This document shows, piece after piece, positions 40,103 to 52,003 of a stretch of DNA of 55,958 nucleotides. The stretch is from positions 1 through 55,958 of the forward strand of contig CAXXSM010000103.1 in the NCBI GenBank assembly GCA_963663405.2, given 5' to 3'. The position numbers and the translations under genes were made by a program. The stretch is from a bacterium (GTDB taxonomy: Bacteria; Hinthialibacterota; Hinthialibacteria; Hinthialibacterales; Hinthialibacteraceae). The notes beneath the pieces are model-generated. The model saw only the letters and a program-made list of their open reading frames with translations. It made no database searches and had not been told where the DNA came from. The number at the start of each line of letters is the position of its first letter. Positions within the stretch are counted from its first letter, which is position 1.

Positions 40103-40903
40103 AATAAGGTTCTTTGAATTAAAAGAATTTCCCTCTAATTTCTTCTAAAATCCCTTAATCCTTTGTTCTCTTTGGGGTATTAATTGATTCAAGTTGAATC
40201 TTTGGATAAGCAAGATTCGCTTTGTCACTCAACCGAATGCGCGAAACGACTGCTGTTATGCTTGAATCGGACCACGTGTAGCTGTCATGCTTGAATCGGA
40301 CCACGAAATACCGATTGGAAAAAGAGATTGGACGAAGCGGCTCCGCCGCAGAGTGTCGTACGCCGAATTTTCTAGCTTTGAACAATCCCCTTGCGAAATC
40401 TCCTGAGTTGTCATGTATTTCTTCTGAGAAGGCAGTGGCTGTAAGACGCCTGACAATATTCTGATAACTATAAAACTCTTATTGGAATTATCGATGAAAT
40501 GACAACTATAAACATGGAATTGTTAAAGGCAGGGGCTGTTGAAAAATTTGGATTAAAAAAAGTGCGAAAGTCCAGAATAAGGTTTTGAATTAAAAGAATT
40601 TCCCTCTAATTTCTTCTAAAATCCCTTAATCCTTTGTTCTCTTTGGGGTATTAATTGATTCAAGTTGAATCTTTGGATAAGCAAGATTCGCTTTGTCACT
40701 CAACCTGATGCTGTTATGCTTGAATCGGACCACGTGTAGCTGTCATGCTTGAATCGGACCACGAAATACCGATTGGAAAAAGAGATTGGACGAAGCGGCT
40801 CCGCCGCAGAGTGTCGTACGCCGAATTTTCTAGTTGAACAATCCCCTTGCGAAATCTCCTGAGTTGTCATGTATTTCTTCTGAGAAGGCAGTGGCTGTAA
40901 GAC
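40103..40903 (+). repeat. Imperfect tandem duplication (40103-40447 vs 40576-40903) of the nested element left junction
   Basis: Near-identical ~340-bp copies that differ by small indels and one ~15-bp gap. Confidence 0.8.
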
Positions 40904-41070
40904 TGCCAACCACTACTTATTTACAGGAGAAAGATCATGAAATCATTACGGAAACGCATGATCGAAGACATGACGTTAGCAGGACTGAGCGAAGGCACGC
41001 AAAAAGCATACGTCCGAGCCGTCGCCTCATTCGCTCTAGAATTTGATTGCTCGCCAGAATGCATTAGCGA

Positions 41071-42894
41071 GTGTCCGTCCGAAAAAGGCGATTTTTCAGA
41101 AAGAGTTTCCTTCCGCGTGAAAATTACAAGATCAAAATTGATAGTAGGAATTGTCTATTAAGATTTACATCATCCTTGCGACAAATGTAAGTGAAAATTT
41201 TCTAAATTAAGGCAGACCGATCCCCTTCCACATCCATTTTTCAGTGTGCTTTCTATCACCAAGTCGGTCAAATGTAAAAACTATAATTGCTTTCGTTTGG
41301 ATTTCGCGGCTGGCGCCTCTTCATTTGATTGGGATATGATCAGTTTCCCAAGAGTGTGGAGATTTCTGCCCAGAATCCCCAGTGCAACATATCGTTTATA
41401 ACCCAGGTCCGTTCGGTCCCGGCATCGATCCTGTCCATTGCCGGATTGCAAGGCTCCTATGGCCGATTCCACCCCGGGATGATTTTGGCGCGCTTGGCGG
41501 AATTCGATCGTGGCTTCTTTCTCTTGCCGCTCTTGTTTCAACTTCCCCTTCGCCGCGAGACACGGATGCTTCAGTAGTTTTTTTAACTGGATTTGATTGT
41601 CCGGCGTATGAAAGCCCCGGTCAAATGAACCTTGTTCGATTTGATGATTCAAGCGGCTCTGCAGTTTCTTCATTTCGGGAATAAGAACCTCCTGATCTTG
41701 CTCCCCAATTTCCATCACTTTAAAGTGACAGATGAAACCGGCTGCATTTTCCACAATGAAGACTCGATGGCCAAACTCAATGGGATTCGGGCTCTTCCCA
41801 CGATTGATCAATTCCGTCTGCGGTTCAAACAAACTAAACAGTTTTTCCTCGTTGGGAATCGTTTCCCCTTTTAACACGCGCCGCTTGGCATATCCACACA
41901 CATGATCCGTTCCGCTGGCAAAGTAAACAACTTGTGAATATAGTTCTTCCGCTTCACTCAATGGACAAACCTGCGTCTTGATCCAGCGGACTGACGCGCT
42001 CATTAATTCCATGGTTTTGGCCAAGAGTTGATCCGCGAAATGAAACAGCGATTGGTAAGCCCCTTTCATTTTGGCTTTGTAATGTTTCCCTTTGGCCTGC
42101 GCGATTTTATTGATTTTAAATAAAAGCCGCCGGAGTTTTTTTTGTAAATGGTTATGCTGACGCCAACCCGCTGCGTTGACTATGTTCGCCAGAACGGGAG
42201 CGATATTCAATAGTTTGCGAAGGCCATCTCCAATTAAACTGGAATCCGTGGGATAGTGAATATTGGTCGGCACAACAAAGGAATCCCCACGGATCGACTT
42301 GAAGGCTTCCGGAACAAATTCTTGCCCTTCCAGCGCAATCCATTCGCTGATTTCCTGAATGGTCTCCGGACTGACACGGCAGAGATTTTGATTGATCCTT
42401 CGCCAATCAAACTTGGTCTGGGTATCCCAATCGCCGATCCCCATGATGTGCCGCAACGCTTGGTGTTGTTCCGCCAAGTCCTGCAGTTTGTCATAATCCA
42501 AATTGCAGCCCAAGCGAACCGATGACAGCACTAAGATTTGCCAGTAATCCATACCGGGACGGCCATGTTTACTACTGGATTTCCCATTGACATCCTGTGC
42601 GATCCGATTAAGAATTTTATCTCGTAAAGAGGGTTGACTGTAAATATGTTTCAACGATTCAAGAATCGGAATGATTTCATCCCGGCATTTATGGTTGAGT
42701 TCGACTTCGAGTACGGAGGGACAATCAAACCGTTTTTGGAGTTCAAAAGCCTTTCTCATGGCAGTTTCCTTTGAAGATTGAGGGGGTAAAGTGTAAATTG
42801 CTAGGATTTCTGAGTTTCTTGAAGTTATCTTCGCATAATATTATACATCTTAAACCCTATTATATCAACCCCTTAGGATTATTCTGACAGACAC
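41071..42894 (-). mobile_element. DDE IS (ISNCY/IS5-like) inside the recombinase gene
   Basis: IRs GTGTCCGTCCGAA and (rc) GTGTCTGTCAGAA; 6-bp TSD TAGCGA. Confidence 0.92.
41281..42759 (-). CDS. DDE transposase (ISNCY/IS5-like)
   Basis: GRPGMDYWQIL, RGDSFVVPTNIHYPTD, KLFSLFEP...GK...EFG, SFDRGF and VESAI motifs. Confidence 0.88.
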   Translation of the reverse strand: MRKAFELQKRFDCPSVLEVELNHKCRDEIIPILESLKHIYSQPSLRDKILNRIAQDVNGKSSSKHGRPGMDYWQILVLSSVRLGCNLDYDKLQDLAEQHQALRHIMGIGDWDTQTKFDWRRINQNLCRVSPETIQEISEWIALEGQEFVPEAFKSIRGDSFVVPTNIHYPTDSSLIGDGLRKLLNIAPVLANIVNAAGWRQHNHLQKKLRRLLFKINKIAQAKGKHYKAKMKGAYQSLFHFADQLLAKTMELMSASVRWIKTQVCPLSEAEELYSQVVYFASGTDHVCGYAKRRVLKGETIPNEEKLFSLFEPQTELINRGKSPNPIEFGHRVFIVENAAGFICHFKVMEIGEQDQEVLIPEMKKLQSRLNHQIEQGSFDRGFHTPDNQIQLKKLLKHPCLAAKGKLKQERQEKEATIEFRQARQNHPGVESAIGALQSGNGQDRCRDRTDLGYKRYVALGILGRNLHTLGKLIISQSNEEAPAAKSKRKQL

Positions 42895-43623
42895 TAGCGA
42901 GGAACTCGTCCGGGTCTATTTACTGAATTTGCGAGACGTGAAGAAAGTCGCTCTCGGAACGTTTCAGGTCCACTACAGCGCGCTGAAATTTCTTTATCAA
43001 ACCACGCTGGATCTGGGGTGGCCGTTGTTTGCAAAAAAAAGATTCGTAAGCCTCGCCAAAAGCGCCTGCCGCATTCATTAACCCATTCCCAAGTTCGCGC
43101 CCTCCTGGCCGCCGTCAGGAAAACGCCCTACCGGTTGGCTCTAACGTTGATGTATGCGTGCGGCCTTCGGACCAGTGAAGTCATCTCTCTTCCGGTGCGG
43201 CAGATCGATTCCAACCAAATGAGTTTACGGATTATTGGGAAGGGCGATAAAGAGCGAATCGTTCCTCTCCCGGACACCTTGTTGGAGCCGATGCGTGAAC
43301 TCTGGTTGATGCATCGCCATCCCACCTGGCTATTCCCCAACCAACAAGGCTCCAACCACATTCCCTCATCGACACTCGGCAAAGCGTTTCGCTTGGCCTG
43401 TAACGCTACCGGGCTGACAGACGATGTGAAGCCGCATTCGATGCGTCATTCGTTTGCCAGCAGATTGCTGGAGAACGGCGAAAGCCTGCGCGTTGTCCAG
43501 ATTCTTCTCGGCCATTCCAGTATTCGTTCGACACAGATCTACACTCATTTGACTGAGCCGCTTCGCCACGAGGCTCAGGATCGGATCAACGCCGTGTTCG
43601 CCGATCTGATGTGAGGAGGAATC

Positions 43624-44790
43624 ATGAATTGCACTTCATCGAACCTCGAACTCGGCGATGTGGTTCGCCGGTTTGGCCCGGCCTATATCCGGCAGCAAGG
43701 GAAGCGCCTTTTGCCCTCCCAGCGTAAAGCGCTGCACGATATCATGGCCTGTCATACGGCGGAACTGGGAGGGCATCGTTATCACTGTCAGGACTGCGGC
43801 GAAGACTTCTGGGTGTATCACGGGTGTGGCAATCGATCCTGTCCGTCCTGTCATTCCCAGGCGATGCGGCAATGGATCGAGAAGCGGGAAGACCAGATGC
43901 TTGGCTGCCGTTACTTTCATGTAATCGTAACAGTTCCGCAGTCTATCCGGGCGGCTTTCTTGGCTCATCAAAAGATTCTCTATGGGTTGCTGATGACGAC
44001 GGCTGCTTCCTGTATCATGGATCTGATGCGCAATCCCCAAGTCGTTGGCGGGACCCCGGCGATCCTGGCCGTGCTGCACACTTGGCGGGGAGATCTGGAA
44101 TTGCATCCACATGTCCATCTGTTGGTCAGCGCCGGCGCCGTGAGTGAGGACGGCCACTCTTGGATGGAACTCCGCCACCCGAAATGGCTTCTCCATGTGG
44201 GAACGCTCAGCTTACTCGTTCGCCGGCGCTTTAAAGAACGGCTCGAAAAAGCGGCGCCGGAGATCTTCCAAGGCATCGAGACCAAGGTCTGGAATAGAGG
44301 CTGGAACTCGTTCTGCAAACCGTATGGCAAAGGCGTGAAAGCCATCTTGAATTACCTGGGGCGCTATGTCTATCGCATCGCGATCTCCAACCACCGGCTT
44401 CTGGCAATGGACGCTACCCACGTGACGTTCCGCTACAAGACCTTCAAAGAGAAGCATTGGCGAACTCTCCGCTTGCCGGGCGAAGAATTTCTGCGGCGCT
44501 TCGTGATGCATGTGCTCCCCCGCGGCTTCCATAAAGTCCGCTACTATGGGCTGTGGCATCACTGTCATCGGGACACACGCAATCGAATCCGTTTGCTCCT
44601 CGCCCCCAAGGCGGAGAGCGTTTCTATTCCCGAATCGGTTGAGAATTCCATCGTTTCAAAAGAGACCAACGACAAAGCAGTATTCGATCGGACCGGCCAA
44701 GAATCGGCGCCGGAATGGCCTAAATGTCCGCGTTGCAAAAGCTGTAACGTGATTGTCATTGAAACCCTCAATCGGAATCGAAGCCCCTGA
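43624..44790 (+). CDS. IS91-like HUH/Y2 transposase (copy 2)
   Basis: Identical translation to 20134-21300. Confidence 0.93.
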   Translation: MNCTSSNLELGDVVRRFGPAYIRQQGKRLLPSQRKALHDIMACHTAELGGHRYHCQDCGEDFWVYHGCGNRSCPSCHSQAMRQWIEKREDQMLGCRYFHVIVTVPQSIRAAFLAHQKILYGLLMTTAASCIMDLMRNPQVVGGTPAILAVLHTWRGDLELHPHVHLLVSAGAVSEDGHSWMELRHPKWLLHVGTLSLLVRRRFKERLEKAAPEIFQGIETKVWNRGWNSFCKPYGKGVKAILNYLGRYVYRIAISNHRLLAMDATHVTFRYKTFKEKHWRTLRLPGEEFLRRFVMHVLPRGFHKVRYYGLWHHCHRDTRNRIRLLLAPKAESVSIPESVENSIVSKETNDKAVFDRTGQESAPEWPKCPRCKSCNVIVIETLNRNRSP

Positions 44791-45180
44791 TCGATTCCGA
44801 TTGTAAGCATCGCGATGGTAATATAAAGAAATTATAACTTTACGCGGGAAGATTTTTTACTTTTCTTGCCGTGAGGGGATTTCTATAGCTTCAAGAGGAT
44901 TTTCTCTTTCTAAACTATCAACTTCTCTTCCTCAATTAAGCCGTTTCGCGAATAAATGGCGTGTTATTGGTTCTCACATTCCCCCCGCACTTCGTCCAAT
45001 AGAGTTTGTATCTCGGCTTCGCTCGATAAAAACTCCTATCTATTTTAGCAGTTTTTTAGGTTGTGAATGAAGCCAGTGACAGATGTTCTTTAATTGTTTT
45101 AACAATAACGTTTTAGGTTTGATGTCTGGGGGATACACCTTCCCTGATGAATCGTTACATGATTATAGGTCAATACAATT

Positions 45181-46371
45181 TCAAGCTGCTTTTGAAAGAC
45201 GAAAAGCCATAGTATTTGTTTCTTCAAACCGGCGTCGTTCAATCGGGAAGGGAACTGTTTTCGCGTCTCTGTTTAATGGATCTTTTTGGTGTTCTGCATG
45301 AACTTCATTGGGAGTTCTTCCCTCAAATCGATAATGTGGCCGCCATTCGTTGTACCATTCCGAAAATGAATTGCAAAGAGATTCTAGATGATCAAATCCT
45401 TTGACAATCGCTACCCGGTTTAACCATTCATATTTTAGCGTCTTGATCACTCGCTCGGTTACGGCGATCGAACCATGTTTTCCAACCGCGCCAAAACGCT
45501 GCTTCATGTTAAAGTTATCAACAAATTCAGCGAAAGCGTCGCTGGTAAAAATCGGTTCTTGATCAGAGATTATATGCTTCGGAGAGCCATGGATTTCAAT
45601 TGCTTGTTCCAAGGTTTCTATTGTCCAACCGGCATTGGGGCCTTCCAGGGGAGAGCAGCAAACCACCTTCCGGGAATAATGGTCAATTGCAACAAGAACG
45701 TATGTTGGCCAGAGACCCCACCGAAACACAATCGTTCGATCGATACTCCACACGTGATTGGGATACCAAGCCGGAATGGACCGCTGGGAGGACTGCTCAC
45801 TATTTTCTCCAGACGGATTGGGCGCCAGAGAAGGTTCCCCTGGTGGATAAGGCCGTTGCAGGATATTGCGAACCGTTGACGCCGCCAAGAAAATGTTGAG
45901 AAGCGACAGCTGAAGAGAAATCCGAATACGTCCCCAATGCGCATTGGCTTTGGCAATTTCCCAAACGAGTAGGGCCACTTCGATAGGAGTTTTGTTAGTT
46001 GGTTCGTTTTTGTTCCCACTTTGATTTTCGATATTCTTCAGCCATCGATTTATCGTTGATCGAGCCACACCGAGTCGTTTCGTCATCTCCCGAGTGGAAA
46101 TTTGGAAATATTCCTTGTACCAAAGAATCCACAACCGTTCTCGAAGTGAATAGCGTGGTTTATGATTCTTATTTCTTCCTTGTTTGCGCAAAATTTCCAG
46201 TTCTGTTTCCAATTGAAAAATGCGATCACGTAGAAATTGGTTCTCGACTTCGGGATTGTTCTCCTCTTCAGCAAGATTTATCATTTGCTTGAAACGAGTA
46301 ATTCCCGCCCATCGAGCTGACAAGACGAGAGTCTTCAAAATCAAAGGAATTGCCGCTTGAATTACGTCCAT
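45181..46371 (-). CDS. rve-type DDE transposase/integrase core protein with N-terminal coiled coil + HTH
   Basis: LGVARSTINRW HTH; WSID, AIDHYSRK, IISDQEPIF, ERVIKTLK and WYN..RPH...G.TP motifs. Confidence 0.87.
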   Translation of the reverse strand: MDVIQAAIPLILKTLVLSARWAGITRFKQMINLAEEENNPEVENQFLRDRIFQLETELEILRKQGRNKNHKPRYSLRERLWILWYKEYFQISTREMTKRLGVARSTINRWLKNIENQSGNKNEPTNKTPIEVALLVWEIAKANAHWGRIRISLQLSLLNIFLAASTVRNILQRPYPPGEPSLAPNPSGENSEQSSQRSIPAWYPNHVWSIDRTIVFRWGLWPTYVLVAIDHYSRKVVCCSPLEGPNAGWTIETLEQAIEIHGSPKHIISDQEPIFTSDAFAEFVDNFNMKQRFGAVGKHGSIAVTERVIKTLKYEWLNRVAIVKGFDHLESLCNSFSEWYNEWRPHYRFEGRTPNEVHAEHQKDPLNRDAKTVPFPIERRRFEETNTMAFRLSKAA

Positions 46372-46545
46372 AGTGGTCCCGTTTATGAGTATGTATTGAA
46401 ATGGGATCATATGTATTAACATCAATATTGTCAACTGCTTATCGGTGGACCGATTCTTGGATAACAGCTACAGGTGGTCCGATTCGCAGTTGACAGGTAT
46501 AGGTACCTGAATAGTTACATTGATTTTATATAAGACTAGCCGATG

Positions 46546-47196
46546 TTAGATGTTTAGTGATATCAGTTCTTGGCTAATGGCGTATTTGGTGAGATCGGCA
46601 ATTGTGTGTAAATTGAGTTTTTTCATAATCTTTTGCCGGTGAGTATTAACTGTGCTTTCACTGAGATTCAATATATCTGAAATCTCTTTTGTCATCTTTC
46701 CTTCTGCTATTAGCTGGAGGATTTCACGTTCTCTCATGGACAGAGACATAAAAGAAGTATCCGAATGTTCCGGTTTTTCTTTCATATATTGAAATACTGA
46801 ATCCATCACTTTTTGACTAAGGTATGTCTTGTTGTTCGCCACGGTGCGTATGGCTTCGGAGAGTTCTTTTACAGCGCTGCTTTTTGGAATATAGCCAGAC
46901 GCGCCCGCTTTAATCATCCGTGAGATATGTTTGTCGTGAATGTGTGCGGATAATGTCAATACCTTAATATCCAGTTCTAACGCTTTGAGTTGTGTAGTGG
47001 CATCGACACCATTTAAACCGGGCATATTAACATCCATCACAACCACATCCGGTTTCAATTTTTTAGCTATAGAGATTGCCTCCCGGCCATTGGATGCGGT
47101 GGCTATGACAGTAAAATCCGGTTCCTTTTCTAAAATGGATCGAAGACCATCGAGTACGATTTCGTGATCATCTACTAATAGTATTTTAATTTTCAT
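46546..47196 (-). CDS. NarL/FixJ-family response regulator
   Basis: LVDDH, MDVNMP, LSMREREILQL and TVNTHRQKIM motifs. Confidence 0.93.
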   Translation of the reverse strand: MKIKILLVDDHEIVLDGLRSILEKEPDFTVIATASNGREAISIAKKLKPDVVVMDVNMPGLNGVDATTQLKALELDIKVLTLSAHIHDKHISRMIKAGASGYIPKSSAVKELSEAIRTVANNKTYLSQKVMDSVFQYMKEKPEHSDTSFMSLSMREREILQLIAEGKMTKEISDILNLSESTVNTHRQKIMKKLNLHTIADLTKYAISQELISLNI

Positions 47197-50100
47197 TTGG
47201 AGTGGAGTCCTTAGTTGAATTCACGCTTTCCATTTCTAGTGGCGCTGTCATGGTGACAATCGTCCCGAGATTTGGTGTTGATTCGATCGCAATTGTTCCA
47301 TGAAAGCGATTCAATTGTTCTTTGATGTTAAAGAGTCCATACCCTCCTTCTTTCTTCGAATTGTTTTCGAGAATCATTGGATCAAAGCCGACTCCGTCAT
47401 CAGTCACTATTATCTTAATCGTATCCTGATCCCGCCAGACACGGATCAAGACCAATCTCGCGTTGGCATATTTTTTAATATTAATCAATAACTCGCGTGT
47501 GGCTCGAAAGAGAAAAAAACGCAGTTCTTCACTCAATGGTTTGGGATTGTCATCATCTTCGAATGTTATCTCTATACAAAATGATTTTTTTAGGCGTTCC
47601 GCCAATTCGTCCAGCGCTGTTTCAAGTCCCTCGCGGTAGAGTGATTGAGGGCAAAGTTCGAAAGTGAGTGATTGGGTCATCTGCAGAGTCTTCTCCAATT
47701 GTTTATTGATCGGAGAAATCTGTTGTTCGATCGTCTCACGTTCATTAGAATCCGAAATCATACTGAGTTTCATTATAGAAAGGACTAACGATTGACTGAT
47801 GCTGTCATGTAAATCAGACGCCAATTGCCTGCGCTCCCGTTCTTCTGTCTTGAGCAGGCGGTTTTGAAAATTCAGAAGCGCGACATTCGATTGACGCAAT
47901 AGTTTCGTTCTTTGATCTACGAGTTTTTCTAAATTGATATTATGTTTTATGTAAAGTCCTAATACGATCAAGATAATAGCCAAGGCGGCTGACATGCTCC
48001 CCAAAAAAAGTGGTTGTTTGTACCAATAGGGGGGAACGGTGAATTCCCATATGGCCGGTGTAGGATCGATGTTCCAATTCCAATCGATCGAGCGTACTTC
48101 GATTTGGTGTTTACCGGTTCGTAAACCGGTTTCAGAGATCAAAACATCGCTTGAAAAGGGAGACCATTCGTTCTCATCGATTCGATAAGAATACTGCAAT
48201 TCGCCTTTAGGCGTGTGTTTCCATTTATCGATACCACTGCAACCGATTAGCATGGTTCCATCGTGCGAGATGACATCTCGCTGCACTTTTTCGAGAATCC
48301 ATGTTTTGGGTGGATCGGGATCGGCGTCTGGGTTGTATAAACTAATCCCTTTATTCGTCGCGGCCCAGATCCGGGATTGGTTGTCTTCGAAAACATCATA
48401 AACTGTGGAACTCGGCAGGCCTTGCTTTTCTGTGATTCTATACCAATTGTGATTCCACAACCGGTAGAGTCCGTCTTGTGTCGCTGCCCAAACGCTCTGA
48501 TCCTGACTTTGGAGAATAGAAAATATGGTAGTATTAAATGTATGTATTTTTTTCCACTGATTCCCATCGTACTCGAATATGGAATCCTGCGTTCCCACCC
48601 AAATATTGTTTTTATCGATTTCCGTAATGCACCACGCTTGGCCACCGTCATAGCCATTTTCGGAATTGAATGTCTGATACTGATCTCCTTGATATAGGCG
48701 CAATTCGTTTTCCACTCCAGTCCAGATGTCTCCATTGCTGGATTGATAGATGATCTCTGGATTGTTATAAACGAGTTTTTCATCGATTGTTAGTGTAGGA
48801 TTAAAATCAGTTCCGTCGAATACACCGACACGGTTGTCAAAATCGCGGAGGAGAATGGTTCCGTTGCTTGAAGGGCACAATCCATGAATTGTTTGGTCTA
48901 GGTAAATCAATTTCATTCGTTCTGTTTTGGGATCGAATGCGAGAAGGTTTAAATTGTATGTTGAATAAAACGTTTGTATAAAACCATAACCGCTGAAAAT
49001 GACAGAGCCATCCGGTAGTGAAGCGATGGAGTGATAGGGGCATGGGGAAGGAGAATAATTGATAATTTGTTTTGGTAATGGATTAAATTTTCCACGTTTC
49101 GTTTTGAAACGAAATCAGAGAATCTTTGCTTGCATAGAAAAGGTTTCCATCATTGTCTTCATGAAAGGAATATACGGCTTGATCCATCCCACGTATAGCG
49201 GGAGGTTTTTGCCATAATGAAGGAGTCTGTTTGAACAATCCGTCACGAGTCGAGACCCAAAAACCGCTTTGCGGATCTTTTTTTATGTAATTTGTAGAGT
49301 TTATAAAATATATGTTTTCACATCTTACTCCCTCTTTGTTACGATCGATTTGGAAAATCGAACAATCATTGATATCCCAAAACCACATGGAAGTATCATT
49401 CGTTAAGAATCCAATCCATTGACGATAATCAAAAAAGTAAAGCGTCTTCCAGAACGTTCCATCGTAATGAATGATAGCGCGCCGGCCATTGATGAACGCT
49501 TTTGCCGCAATTTCTGAGTTATTGAGCTCGACGAGATCTATTACCTCTTCTAAACTCTCAATATCGTCAGGTGATAAATACTCGACCCATTCAGATTCAG
49601 GTTGAATGAATCCATCTATAAGGGGTATTTCCGCAAGCCGTCCATTGCCGCTTATCCAAATCCTGTTGTTTATTGAAAATAATTGTCCTGAATTCATCAA
49701 ATTTAGTTTCCTCGACATGTTTGATGAGAGTTGATTTTCCACTTTCTGCGTTAAATTCAATAAGGGAATCACGTGTGCAAAATAGGAGACGATTCCTATT
49801 GATCACAATATCAGAAAACCTGAAATATTCTTTTTCCCAATTCGATTTGAATTTATGTATAACGTATTGACTCCATGATTTACCTTCACTTTTCTTCACC
49901 AGGCAAATACATAGATCATTATCTATATAGACAGTCCATATCTGGCCAATCTCATCTTCAAACGATCGCATACTAGATGGATAGATTTCCGTTGGTCTCG
50001 TTATTGTTTGAATGGTATATCCGTCTAGGCGATCAACCTCTGGATGCAGACGGTGATGGATGAGAACGTTACTGGGTTGGGCTGATTGTAAGAAGACTCG

Positions 50101-51219
50101 GATCCGGATGACTGAGCCCATCCGATGTTTTCCAGGTACGCCAGTTGGGTTTCTATTGGTTTTCTTATTTCTGTCAAGATTTTGTCGATTGTATCCGTTC
50201 CCATCACTTGCAAGTTGTTGATCTTGCCCGAAAAAGTAACAAAACCGGTGGAATCCGTTGCGGGGATGATTGTATAAGACACACATTTCGGTGAAGGCGA
50301 CGCAGGCAATGTCCAAGCGATTTGGTTTCCCTTCTTGATTCCTCCATTGCTTATATCAGTAACAATCCAGTTTTGTGGCGCCGATTCCGTGATGGTTATA
50401 GTTTCTAAGGTTTCCTTAGAAGGTATGATTTCTAGAGTAACTTGAATAGGCTTTCCTGGTTCATAAAAACTAGAGGAGGAATTCCGAAAGGCAAACGAAG
50501 GCGCTGACTCCAACGTAACTTCACTTGCTTTGCAATAAAATAATTGTTCATTATCTTCTCGTGTTGTAAAAGCGATTCCATAGGCTACTCGATCTGGCAT
50601 GGGCAGTTCAATCCAACTTCCAAATTCCCAATTAAATCCATCAGAAGACCACTCAGAAAAGCAGATATTTTTTTGAGCGATTCGAGTGACGCGGAAAAAT
50701 TGAAATAAAACAACAGCATCACTCCGCAGTATAAGTCTCATTTTCCCTTCGTGTATCCGGGATCGATCACTTCGACTTTTCTTCTTACCCAGGAGATTGG
50801 CAGCCCCAATGGAATTAAAAAAAAAGAGGGCATTGCTTTTTGTGCCATGACTGCGGATCATCAGACCTGCTTTTGGTGTGAGAATTAATATTTTTTTGGT
50901 CCGGCAATTCAATCCTGGCGGTTAGACTCCACGATCCTTTGTATTCTGTGTAAAGGAAAATTCCTTCATCCATTACTCTTTCAAATCCACTTCCATTTCC
51001 ATAAATTGTATAATGCCAATCCTCATTTTTGCGCTCAATTTCGACGTGTCCGGGTGCTTTGAATTTCCCTATTTTAGGAGGAAATTCCTCGGTTCCCCAA
51101 TCGGCGATTTTATCAAATAGACCGTAGGAAGGGGGGGAAGAGTCGGCTTGGAGTTTTCCGGCATATCCGAAGCAGATTCCAAAATTTATCAATAAATAGA
51201 AAAGAATAGTATCTCTCAT
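47186..51219 (-). CDS. Beta-propeller/Y_Y_Y HisKA_3 sensor kinase, 5' part broken by several apparent frameshifts
   Basis: Signal peptide at 51219; consecutive overlapping ORFs; propeller repeats FEDNQSRIW; YSYRID; TM segment; ERRQLASDLHDSISQ and DDGVGF. Confidence 0.8.
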
Positions 51220-51359
51220 GCGAATCAGATTTAATAAGTAAATTTTAATTTTCCTTATCCCAATAAATACATTCAAGTAGAATGTTCATGATTATGGAAT
51301 ATACACGATAATGAGTGAAAGATACAGATAGAATCTCATGAAAGGATTCGTATAAACAG

Positions 51360-51976
51360 ATGATTGCGAAACATAAAGCCTTTACTTTGATCGAATTGCT
51401 GATTGTTGTCGCCATTATCGGAATCCTCGCCGCGATCGCGGGTTCCGAATTTTTTAGCGGCGCAGACGCGCGCGAAAGTGTCCCGCGTGTTGGGTGATAT
51501 GAACAATTTGAGTACTGCGATCGGAATGTATGAAGCCGATCGTGACCGTCCACCGATCGGTTCTGGAGAAGGCATGCGGCTTGGTCTATGGACGAATGAT
51601 AACCGGATTGCTTGGCTGCGTTTGACCACGCCAATAGCCTATATTCAGTCGATTCCAACCGATCCCTTTGGCCAACCTTCTTCTGGCATTCCTATCGTTG
51701 AAACGATCAAGGCTCACTATGTTTACAACACTAATGCGAATCCAAACGAACGTTCGGGAACTCTCGGCTTCATGTGGGAGGTTGGATTTGTGTGGTATAT
51801 GTTCTCCCCCGGACCGGGATTGACAGAAAATCGCGTTCCCCTGGCCCGATCATCTACTTGCCGCGAACAATGATTCCTATAACACGTTTCATCCTAACGA
51901 AAGAATCTATCAAGCGAGTAATGGAGTGATTTCTGAAGGGTGGATCGTCAGAACGAATAAAGGAATTTATCCTTAG
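51360..51976 (+). CDS. Prepilin-type N-terminal cleavage/methylation (pseudopilin-like) protein, apparent frameshifts at ~51441 and ~51840
   Basis: MIAKHKA|FTLIELLIVVAIIGILAAIA then VPNFLAAQTRAKVSR, LTTPIAY, DPF and Y.ASNG..S.G.I. Confidence 0.82.
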
Positions 51977-52003
51977 ATTTGGATGTCTATCATCTCACCA
52001 GGA

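Larger units (their letters stand above)
40937..43614 (+). pseudogene. Tyrosine recombinase disrupted by IS insertion
   Basis: The N-terminus at 40937-41070 resumes at 42901; the catalytic part to 43614 is identical to copy 1. Confidence 0.88.
40785..45048 (+). mobile_element. Tyrosine recombinase + IS91-like element (copy 2), interrupted by an IS at 41071-42894
   Basis: Identical ends and 3' genes to 19125-22067; lacks the MITE. Confidence 0.9.
40712..46495 (-). mobile_element. rve/DDE IS (IS481-like, ~1.5 kb core) hosting nested insertions
   Basis: Inverted ends, each with two 29-bp-period motifs TGTYA-N5-GAATCGGWCCAC (40712-40762 on +, 46445-46495 on -). Removing 40785-45048 leaves a single-gene IS. 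No TSD was seen. Confidence 0.72.

Noticed and set aside
1480-46495. CRISPR-associated transposon (broken cas3 + DDE transposase with repeated end sites)
   Set aside because: There is no TnsC/TniQ, adaptation genes and a long array are present, the cas3 shifts look like read errors, and the DDE ends do not enclose the cas genes.
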